A DNA stretch of 64,000 bases from the human T2T-CHM13v2.0 reference genome, Homo sapiens. This document shows, piece by piece, positions 18,627-29,914 of the stretch. The stretch's first letter is position 1; each line of letters starts with the position of its first letter. The notes below the pieces were generated by a model, which saw nothing but the letters and a program-made list of their open reading frames with translations, did not search any database and was not told the origin of the DNA. Location of the stretch: NCBI RefSeq assembly GCF_009914755.1, contig NC_060936.1. One strand, written 5' to 3'. A program made the translations under genes and the position numbers.

Positions 18627-19649
18627 CTTTGTGGTTTTATCTACTTTTGGTCTTTGATGATGGTGACGTACAGATGGGTTTTTGGTGTGGATGTCCTTTC
18701 TGTTTGTTAGTTTTCCTTCTAACAGACAGGACCCTCAGCTGCAGGTCTGTTGGAGTTTTCTAGAGGTCCACTCCAGACCGTTTGCCTGGGTATCAGCAGC
18801 GGTGGCTTCAGAACAGCAGATTTTCATGAACCACGAATGCTGCTGTGTGATCGTTCCTCTGGAAGTTTTGTCTCAGAGGAGTACCCAGCCGTGTGAGGTA
18901 TTAGTCTGCCCCTACTTGGGGGTGCCTCCCAGTTAGGCTGCTTGGGGGTCAAGGGTCAGGGACCCACTTGAGGAGGCAATCTGCCCGTTCTCAGATATCC
19001 GGCTGCATGCTGGGAGAACCACTGCTCTCTTCGAAGCTGTCAGACAGGGACATTTAAGTCTGCAGAGGTTACTGCTGTCTTTTTGTTTGTCTGTGCCCTG
19101 CCCCCAGAGGTGGAGCCTACAGAGGCAGGCAGGCCTCCTTGAGGTGTGGTGGGCTCCACCTAGTTGGAGCTTCTGGGCTGCTTTGTTTACCTAAGCAAGC
19201 CTGCGCAATGGCGGGTGCCCCTCCCCCAGCCTCGCTGCCGCCTTGCAGTTTGATCTCAGACTGCTGTGCTAGCAATCAGTGAGACTCCGTGGGCATAGGA
19301 CCCTCTGAGCCAGGTGCGGGATATAACCTCCTGGTGGGCCGTTTTTTAAGCCCGTTGGAAAAGCGCAGTATTAGGGTGGGAGTGACCCGATTTTCCAGGT
19401 GCCGTCTGTTGCCCCTTTCTTTGACTAGGAAAGGGAACTCCCTGACCCCTTGAGCTTCCCGAGTGAGGCAATGCCTCGCCCTGCTTCAGCTCACGCACGG
19501 TGCGCTGCACCCACTGTGCTGCGCCCACTGTCTGGCACTCCCTAGTGAGATGAACCCAGTACCTCAGATGGAAATACAGAAATCACCCGTCTTCTGCGTC
19601 GCTCACACTGGGAGCTGTAGATCGCAGCTGTTCCTACTCAGCCATCTTG
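18627..19649 (-). promoter_or_regulatory. L1 5'UTR with sense promoter (YY1 site) and antisense promoter
   Basis: YY1 core GCCATCTTG at 19641-19649. Antisense ORF0 start ATGGCGGGTGCCCCTCCCCCAGCC at 19208. Confidence 0.85.
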
Positions 19650-19974
19650 AAAAAAACCGATACATGAATTTTTAGTATTGACTCTGCCATCATGTGTTTT
19701 AATTGACACAATAGGTACTCAGTCTATTTCAGCTTTTTTAAGTGTTACCTGCCCTACAGAGAAACAATATCATCAGATTTCTCCCAAATTTCTCTTTTTC
19801 TTTATTTCTATTAACAGCATCATCATTCTTTTAATCAACCAGTACTAAATCCTGAACTTTATTTACCCATTCAATGAATAAATTACTCAATATTGCCAAT
19901 GGAATCTTGATATAACTCTGCTAGGATCTGGAGATACAAAAGTGAGAGGAGACAATCTGCAAACAAAAACAATA

Positions 19975-20280
19975 ATAAGGCACCATTTCACACCCAAAAG
20001 GGGGAAAATCTGAAAGGTAAAAAAATATCAAGTTTTATGGAATTGTGCATCAATGCAAACAGCACTGGGGAAGTCTAACTAGATAAAACAACCTTGAAAA
20101 ACAATTTGGTACTGCCTATGCAGAAAGTTGAAAATTCACATACATATGCCCAGCAATTCTGCCTTAGGCAAAAACCCTGAAAAAACTCATGCATGTACAC
20201 AGCTATAGTGACAATAATCCATAATGCCCAATACATGCCTTGGCCTTCCAAAGTGAAGGATATTCAATGGAATGGTGGTG
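19975..20280 (+). mobile_element. Old L1ME 3' fragment
   Basis: CACCATTTCACACCCA...AACCTTGAAAACAATTTGG...CCCAGCAATTC. Confidence 0.55.
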
Positions 20281-20879
20281 AGACATGAGTATTTAAGTGT
20301 TATCTATTGTTTTTGTTATTGTTATTTTATTTCTTACGTAATTATTATTTTTAATAATTTAGTTTTAAAAAGAAAAGGATAAACAAGTCTGATACGGATA
20401 AGAATCAATGAAAATCATAATTTTTTTAAAAAAAGCTATGAGTTTACAAAAGAATTAGGACTCCAAACTTGTATAAAGAGAATTTGTAAATGGGAATATA
20501 ATACTTAGGAACCCACCCACAGCACGGTTCAGATAAAACCCATACGAAAACCACAATACCCTCTTACACTGAGTTTATAAATCACTCAGTAGCTTTAGAA
20601 TTTAAATGCAGTGTTCAGAGCTACAATTTCTGTTTTAAGATTAATGCTTCCCTTGCTTTGATTCCATCTTTAGTAGGATATAAGATTACAGACCTCTGGA
20701 ACAACTGACTGCAGTATGACACACGCTCAGGCATTAATGTGTGACTTTGTTAATGAATTTATGAATTTCTTTGTGCTTCAGTTCGTTCATGTGTAAAACT
20801 AGGATAATAATAGTATCTTAGAATTTGTGAATACTAAATAATATATGTAAAGTACATAAAATAGTATCTGGAACATAGA

Positions 20880-21860
20880 GTTTTTCTCTTTTTTTCAATC
20901 TTTATTTCATTTTGGATAGTTTCCATTGCTGTATCTCCAACTTTACTAATCTTTTATTCTTCAAAGTCTAATTGCTGCTAATCACTTCTCATGCATTTTT
21001 AAATTTCAGACATTATAGTTTTCACATCTAGAAGTTTGATATTGGTTTCTGTTATATCTTCCTTAATATAGTAAATCTTTCCTCCAACTTCTTGACTATA
21101 TGGAATATTAAATTGTGCTAATTTCTGTATTTATCAATACTGTAATCAGTGTCACTTCTGAGTCTGTTTCAACGATTGACTTTTTCTCCTCATTATGGGT
21201 TTATTTTCCTGCTTCTTTTCATGCCTGGTAATATTTGATTGAATTTGCACGTCTTAAATCTGGAATTTTTGTATTACTATAAATATTCTTAAGGTGTTTC
21301 CTAGGACAGAGTTATGTTACACAGAAACAGTTTCATCCTTTCTAGGCTTGTCCTTCTTTTAACCTTTGTTAAACTAGAAAAGCCTTTGATCTAGGGTTAC
21401 TTTTACTCCACTATACAGGCAATACCATTGTGAGTACTCTGCATGATTCACCTTGAATTTCAACATTTTATACTCTGGCTGGTGTTAACACAAACCATTC
21501 CTGGCCTTGTGTGAGCTACAGCTATTCTTCCCTCTCTCCTTTCAGGTGGTTCTGTCTCTGGTCTTGTGTAATATCCTCACATACAAGGCTAATCAGAGCT
21601 GGAATGAGGAGTCTAGGAAGACCTTAGAAGATTTGTGAGGTGACTATGGTTTGTCTCTTTCCCTCCCTCTCTACCTGAAACACTGTACTCTTATGTGTGA
21701 ATTCTGACTGCCTTGGCCTTCCTGAGCTCTCAGCTCAGTCTCCACCCAGGGAGACTGCCAATATACAAAGGCTGTTTCATCCATTTTTCCCAATTTTATT
21801 TCAGGTGGAAGGGTAAATCTGGTCACTGTCCTCCATCTTGGCCAGCAACAAAAGTCATGT
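20880..21860 (-). mobile_element. Old L1M 5'UTR/ORF1 fragment, with a MIR immediately upstream (~20700-20880)
   Basis: T-rich antisense L1M ORF1-like sequence (TTTTCCTGCTTCTTTTCATGCCTGGTAATATTTGATTG), ending AGGGTAAATCTGGTCACTGTCCTCCATCTTGGCCAG. Confidence 0.6.
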
Positions 21861-22431
21861 AATCTATTATTAATAAAGACACTTTTCTCTGAATCTTAGC
21901 TAGCCCTCGGTGTGCTACATGGCACAAATTAAGTGTGGATATGTGCATGTGGGTGTGTGCAATACAATTACATTCAGCTGGGACAGTAGGCATCATTGCT
22001 TACACATGCCTTTCAGCCATCTTGTTCAGTGGAATTTTGTTGACCTTTTCCCATGTAGTCCAAAAAAGGTTCTCATTTAACCACTCCATGCTCCCAGTCT
22101 TTCCTTTTCTCATCTGATTCTTTCCCTTCTACCTCTGTGAAAGAATAAAAATAATTATCTCCTAATTATTTTGCATGATGATTTAGATTTTTTTTTTTTT
22201 GTAGATTTTGTTTCTCAGGCTTCACTCAGGCTCTCTAGACCTCACTTTTCTCAACAAAGGCAGTTTCCTACCGAAGTAAAATGATGGTGCCAGATGTTAA
22301 AATAATCAATGTAATGGTTAAGTACCCAAGTTATAGAATCGGGTTGTTTGTTTTCAACTCTAACCTCTTCTACCACTTACACCCTAAACGACTTTTATCA
22401 TACTACTTTCTGGTGAATCAGTTTTACCATC

Positions 22432-22777
22432 TATGATAGTTAATTTTATGTGTCACTTTGATTATGGTAACCAGATGTTTGGTCAAATACCAGTCTGCAT
22501 GTTTCTGTGGAGGTATTTTTTAAGTTGTGATTAACATTTAAACCAGTCGACTTCCGGTAAAACAGATTACCTTCCATAATGTGGGTGGGCCTCATCCAAT
22601 CATTTATCAGCCAATAATTTATCAGCCTAAGAGAACAAGAATGAGGTCTCCTGAGAAAGAAGACTACCATTGCATCAGAGACTGCAACTCTTTCCTGGGT
22701 TTCCAGCCTACTAGCCTGCCCTGAACATTTCAGACTCACCAGCCTACCAAGTGACATGAGCCAATTCCTTAAAATCC

Positions 22778-22839
<62 letters not shown>

Positions 22840-22899
22840 TACACAATACATACACACACATGCTCTATTGGTTCTTTTTCTCTGGAGAACCCTAATACA
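22432..22899 (+). mobile_element. MLT2 (MLT2D-like, ERVL) solo LTR inserted in a MIR
   Basis: Start TATGATAGTTAATTTTATGTGTCA, end CTGGAGAACCCTAATACA. 5-bp TSD CCATC at 22427-22431 and 22900-22904. Confidence 0.88.
22778..22860. repeat. (CT)n(CA)n compound microsatellite inside the MLT2 LTR
   Basis: Read directly from the sequence. Confidence 0.95.
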
Positions 22900-23429
22900 C
22901 CATCTGAAAACAAAAATAATCATGCACCATACTCCAAAGTGTTGTTTAGAGAACAGAATACAATAATATATTTTAAATGTTTTGCACAATAATGTATTTT
23001 AAATGCCTGACACATAAAAACTGTTCAGTAAGTATGACCCATATATATTTTTAGTAATTCTAACAACAAATCTTCAAGGTAGCTATTTACTAAATTTATT
23101 TTGCAGATCAGGAAAAATGAATCCCAGAAACATTAAGTGACTTGCTTACAACTTAACAACCAGTAAGTAGCAGAGCCTAAATGTGACTTCACCTGTTCTT
23201 GAACACTCAAAAATGCTTTGACTATTACTAATTATCATTATGAATACACTCTACTGTTCTAACAATTACAATCAGAAATAATTTGATTCTTAAAGCAATA
23301 AGAAGATAGTATAAATGAGGCCAACATAGCACTGTGGCACTAATGAATAACTTTTTCTGCCACCAATCTAGATTTAAGGCCCGAAAGCATTCTGGAAGTC
23401 TAGAAATGTTCACAATGATAAACTACTTC

Positions 23430-23910
23430 CAACTCATTACAGTGGCTAAAATCAGAAAAGCTGACAATACCAATTATGGATGAAGATGGGAAGCAACTGG
23501 AATACTCATGCCCTGCTGGTGGAAATGTAATTTAATACAACTATTTTGCAAAGAAGCTTGTCAATTATTTATCAAGGTACATTTACATTTACCAAATTTC
23601 ACTGCATACGGTCACACTAGGGATAAGGGCTTCAAAATATGAATTTGGTGGAGGGGGATACAATTCATTCCATAACAGTATGATTCCCTTTCAATGAAGC
23701 TCTAAAGTAGACAAAACGAATCTATAGTATAGAACTTAGATCATTGGTAGTCTATAGAGTGGCGAGTGTGAGGGCAAAGGAACCCAAGGGAACTTTCTGT
23801 ATCTTGATTTTGGAAATAATTAAATGGGTATATACATTTTCCAAACTTCAAACTATGCACATGTGTTCATTTTATTAATGCTAACTATATCTCCACAAAG
23901 ATGATTTTTA
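23430..23910 (+). mobile_element. L1ME 3' fragment containing an MLT1 terminal piece (~23605-23677)
   Basis: GCAACTGGAATACTCATGCCCTGCTGGTGGAAATGTAA. MLT1 end GGATACAATTCATTCCATAACA. Confidence 0.55.
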
Positions 23911-24559
23911 AAAAGGAAAATGCAATTTGCAAGATTTTCTACAAAGACCACCTACATATTTATCAAACATACCACTTAAACATTTTTTTCACTGAGCACT
24001 GCTGAAAGGTAGCTTGTGTCCTCAGATCCTTTAAATTTGTTATTTCTCTTTGCCTAAAATCATGTTTCCCAAAATCTCAACATGATTCAGTCACTTTTCT
24101 GATATTCCTGTGGAATATCATCTTAAAAAGACACCTTCCAAGACACTATATCTAACATAGTTTAACAATCTCTGCTCTCCAGCACTCTCTAATGCTTTAC
24201 CTTGCTTGATTTTTCATTATAGCACGTTTTATTAACACTTGACTGACATAAGATATATATACCTGTTGTTGTTTTTAATTGTCTTCTTTCCCCTGCTACT
24301 CAACAAGGCAGGGACTGTGTTTCAATCTCCTCTTGATTTTCGGAGCCCAAAACAGTCTCAAGAAATATTTATTGAAAGAGCATATCTCAATAAATATTAG
24401 CTGACCAATTGTTAGCAAGCAAGAATACAGTGGCAAAATTAGCTAAACGGCAGTCAGCAAGGAAAGTCTAGTATGGTTGCTGCCACTGCAAGTCTAGCTC
24501 AGGTTAAAATTGGAGGCAATGGAGTTAAAATTATAGAAGAATTGAGAGTTGCCCTCACC

Positions 24560-24725
24560 TCTGGCTGCAAATCAGAACTACCTGGAAAGCTTTTAAGTAA
24601 AACACTGCTAATATCCAGGCCTACCACCAGAAAATCTAAAATAATTGGTCTGGAGTTGGGCCAAGATATTAATTTTCAAAGCTCCCAAGATGATCTTAAA
24701 GCCTGGCAATGAATGGGAACCACTG
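24560..24725. mobile_element. MER5A-like hAT-Charlie MITE
   Basis: TCAGAACTACCTGGAAAGCTTTTAA...TTTCAAAGCTCCCAAGATGATCTTAA...GGAACCACTG. Confidence 0.6.
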
Positions 24726-25051
24726 ATGGAGAAGAACAATTCACCCCTATTCTTTGCCTTTTGCTGAGGCATCTCTTCAATATCCTCACAAGCCAAAAAC
24801 TATGGCCACTTTCCTGGCTTCAAAAATCAGTTCTCCTAAGCAAAGAGCAGGGTAGACTTATGATTCTACATTAGCAGCTCATGTCTGTGAGTGTGTATGT
24901 GAATGTGTGTATCTGAGTGTGTGTCTGCGAGTATGTGTTCGGGGTGAGGAAAACATAATGTGTACATGACCGAAGCATTTAAAACATGCTTTGGGGCTTG
25001 TTCAGAAAGACTCACGGTTGGATAATTTAATAATTTATCCAAGTACCCTGA

Positions 25052-25490
<439 letters not shown>

Positions 25491-26589
25491 TAACATCAGG
25501 TCTAGACTGTAGGTTGTAGAGTGTGCAAGAATGTTTCTGAGATGACCTAGTGAGCAAAAAGCAATCAAATAGTTGAAAACAAATTTCAAGTTGAGGATGG
25601 GCTGAGAAGACAAAACCAGGATTAACATGCTAAAATAAGATAGTAAAAAAGTAACCCATAATATCAGCACGTGGGTTTGAAAAGGAAGATGAGACAACGA
25701 AGGTACAGAGATTTTCCGAGTGCTATGATGTGGACAAGCTTCCTCTCTGCAGCTTTATTTGTGTGTGGAGGTAGCCTACTATTATCACCACATTTTACTC
25801 AGCCAATTTAGATAGATTTGAAACTGAAACACAGCAGTGAAAGGATAAAAACTAAACAAAACAAAATGGAAAAATAAATCTAATTATTTTGTCTATGTAC
25901 TGCCATATATGTTTGGAACTAATTTTTCATTTCACCAGGCAGACTATTTTAGCCCCTTTATTCTTTATTATTTATGATTTAGAATCAGTGTAGATCTTTG
26001 AACACTGCAAACAAAGTCTTACTCTAATGAATTAAATAAATGAGTTGCTTATATTATGTCAGAATAATTTTAAAATTAAGTAGACAATTGACTGAAAATT
26101 AGGAATCATTTGTAATATATTTACATAGAAAAACTTGCATTTTCTATGTATATATATGAATAGTTTATCAAAATGCCAAGATATACTTTTGGAAATGGGA
26201 CTATGTCCTCTTAGAAGGAAAAACGAAAACATTAATTTGAGAGTATTGTATTGTGTTTTAAGGCAAGTAAAACACAAATATACAAAGTAATCATAGAATA
26301 TAAACAAGATTTACATTAAATATTAGAAGAGTAAAAACAGGAATATATAATAATGAACAGTATGAAAATAAGAAAACTAGATGTGAAAATAAGATTTCAA
26401 CCAAAATAAAATAAACAAATTTATTATTTTAAACGTATCTGGCTCCCCCTAGTTTTCAAAAGCATTTTAAAATGTAGTAATGTTTTTAAATAGTGCCTTT
26501 ACTTTAAGAAATGACAGATTTCTTGTAGTAAATGATTAAATGAAGCTTTTGTTGAACTACTATAATTACCACCACATTCTATTCAATCC

Positions 26590-27451
26590 CCATATTAGTC
26601 AGGGTCCACACAGGAGACAGAAGCCATATAGTAATATAAACACAGAGGTATTAATATGAATAAACTACTGATAGGACATTAGCTACTCCAGGAGATGAAA
26701 GAAAATTCTAAAGAATATGCTAGAGCTGAAGAAAAGTACTAAGGGAAAAAACTTCACAAACTTGGAAAGGGGCCCCTTCCCAAGGCTGCGGTGTAGACCT
26801 TGTTGGAGAAGGTGAGGTTGAAGCACACCAATGGTAAGGGGTACTCACTGCACTGTGCTGAGCCAGAGCTAGTCCACTGTCAGTGAGCTGAGGCTGGTGG
26901 GCAGGTAACTATATGATCGTGTCAGTGAAATTCACGGAGAAGCTGCCCATGGCAGAGTGCTATTGTTGAACTCACTTGAAAGTTGGGTGGACTCCAACAG
27001 AACTCACTGGAAGCTGCTGGGGGTAGGGTGGGAGGGGAATGGAGTGAGAAGATGCTGCTGAGCCCATCAGAATGCTGTGTGGGGCACCCATGAAATGCTT
27101 GCCTGGAAGTCACCTTGGTTTGGGGGGTGGGATGCTAAGAAACTCACAGAAAAGATGCCTGAGTGGGATGCTAGTGAGGAAACCAGATACAGCCCCAAGG
27201 TACTTGCAGGGCAACTGACTCAGAGATGCTGTTTCCACTGGGCCCTTTGCATACCCATCTGCACCACAGGAGCCAGTAGGACGAGGAGCACAGCACAAAG
27301 GGAAGAGAATTCCCTTCCTCCTGCAGCATCCCTCCTTCATCTTCTACTGCAAAACCTAACACTGAAACAACTGGCAAGGAAGAAATATCACAAGCAGGGC
27401 AACAAAAGGTAAATTTAGAGCTGAAAGGCAAAAAAAATTGATAACTGGCAC
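26590..27451 (-). mobile_element. Old ERVL-class solo LTR (LTR41/LTR52-like)
   Basis: Reverse complement starts TGTGCCAGTTATCAATT...GCCTTTCAGCTCTAAA and ends ...GGACCCTGACTAATA. Confidence 0.55.
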
Positions 27452-29415
27452 ACCTCCAATTTTAAATAATGTTCACATCAAACTGTTAATAGTTTGGAGA
27501 TCTCTTTTTGAAGAACTGATTATTCTGTTATTGTGAATTGGTCAAGATCATGACTAATTTTGATGCTTGTTACAAAATGAACTATATCTAATAACTTATT
27601 TCTCTTTCAAGATCAGTTTCTAGTAAATTAAAATGCAAGAACATCAGTAGCCTTCCAAAAACAACAGTGCCTATGATCTGTTCATGGTTAATATTTCTTG
27701 GATACTTTAAAGCTAAAACCTAGTATATATTGAGTACTTCCATTAGAAATATCAATACGTTATTAAGGAGTAAATTTAATAACACTAATAAGTTATTTCT
27801 CAACCACCAAAGCTACTTCTATAAAACTGGTTTGTAGCAGACTAATTCACTTTCATTGTAATAAAACTTACGCGCAGTTAAACATAAAACTCTTTTTTAA
27901 AAACCATCTTTTTACCCATCCAAAATATTTGGAGAAGTATCCTTCAAGTAGTAGAAGAGTTTAATGCCTTTAAAAATAAATAACTGAATCAAATAATGTT
28001 TAAAGAAAAACATCTGCTTTTTTCCTAATATTTTTGTTATAAATTTTTGATGCAAATGCTGCTTATTTGAAGTATTGAATGCCTGAAGAGAGAAATGCTT
28101 TCTAGAAGCCTCTGACACTACTTAAGTCTAAATAGCTAGCTATACAGAAATATACACCTTTACCACAACTCTGCCAGAACCAGAGGATTGAAAGCAAACA
28201 ACCTGCAGGTCACAATAAAGAGCCAACCTTCCTAGTAATCTTTCCATTAAACTCAATTTAACACCTTCTTATTACTCATCAAGCACGTCTGAACAAATGA
28301 AACTCCTGACACCATTTGTTTTACAATTGGCGCATTTGATAAAAGAGAATTATTTCCTTGCTCAGTATTTGAGGGGATAATGGAATCCATAATGGCCCAA
28401 AGTACTGTACTCTATCTTATTTATAGAGAAGGTCTAACATAAACATGTACATAAAGTATTATAAAACATATAGATTATTTGTTTGTACTCACTGTTCTTT
28501 CACATTGTTTGGCTCTATGTGGGATGTGAACAAACCAGAAAAATAATGAGTGCTTGAATATACTGCAAATAGAACCTTGGATATTTACAGAGCACTCCCT
28601 CACAAAATGCAAAGTACATTCAAATAAGCTTTCTCATACGTACGATAATCTGGGTAATCATGGAATTCATGTTCCCACTAATGGTACAAACTCTAAGAGA
28701 CCAAACAAGCAGGGGAAAGGAGAAAGGACAGACCCCCCTATGCTTAGAGCCCCCATGAAGCAACATGCTTCTATACGACACCAGCCATCAGAAAGAAACT
28801 GCCCCAGTTGCCTGTCATCTGGCTCAATGCAGTGCCTATACTTTACACAATGTGAAGCTAGACCCATTGAATATGAGGTCAGGCCATTTATATATGTTTT
28901 TTTCGGTGGATGTGCCAAACTTCTGTAAGCTGCACATACAATGAGGGAATGGCATAACAACTCCTGAATCTGTCCAGCTATCTTAAGGGACCACTGATGC
29001 ATGTGTGCTTGTCTCAGAGAAACATTTGCTAGCATATTCACTGAGAACTATTTTCTATCAAACAACACTATATAAAAATCTCTGATAGTACTTCCCCTAG
29101 GAAGTTTGTTTGGTAAAGGATATAAATGTAGAACCAGTACAGGTGAACATGGGGTTGGAATTCTGACCCTTCTGAGCTATTTCTTCTCTGTTTACAAAGC
29201 CCAAGGTACTCTTTTTGCCATTACAGATACTGTCTTCTAGATGCCAAAAAATGCAAATTCTAGTGAATGCTCAAATCCCAACCAATCACAATTAATTAAC
29301 TGAATTTCGGTGAAGCAGGGTGACCTAAATGATATGGGAATTATGACATCCCAAGGCAGAGCTAAATGATGGAAAGACTCTCTCCAAACTCAGTGAAAAC
29401 TGTCATTTCACTTAC

Positions 29416-29517
29416 CTGATCATATTTACAATGTGGAAATTCTGGAAGTCATTGTCAAGACCAATCACCTCAAACTTTCTGAAAACTCTGACATTCTCAC
29501 ACTGATTATATGACCAT
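29416..29517 (-). other. Candidate 102-nt spliced exon (host transcript unknown)
   Basis: Minus-strand acceptor CTTGCATTTCCACTTTATTCAG|ATGG and consensus donor ATCAG|GTAAGTG. One open frame: WSYNQCENVRVFRKFEVIGLDNDFQNFHIVNMI. Lies in repeat-free DNA. Confidence 0.3.
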
Positions 29518-29914
29518 CTGAATAAAGTGGAAATGCAAGCCACTCTTGGCTATTCAGGGCTTAGTTTATGAATTAATTAGGTCCTGCCTAGAAGCCTCAT
29601 TCATCTCTCTTCAGTTGTGACATCATATTTAAAAAATTCTTCCTGGATAGAAACTTTGATTGCGATTTGAACTTTTTCAAAAATTTGCTTATCCATTTTA
29701 TCATTATATCCCCATACCAGCCTCAGTTACACAAACAACACATAATGCATTAAAAAGGTGGCTACAATTAAAGACAGATAAATCTAACAAAATGATCCTA
29801 ATGTTGATGAAGTCCATTTCTACTTTTTTCTCCCCAGCATGAACCCTTCTCGTCCACACACTGCTCTCCTCTCCCATGTGCCTTTCCTAGATTTCATTAA
29901 TAGTAACAAGTGAT

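Noticed and set aside
28554-29041. Overlapping antiparallel 124-aa ORFs
   Set aside because: They have TTG/GTG starts, no recognisable domain and no convincing splice boundaries, which is compatible with chance.
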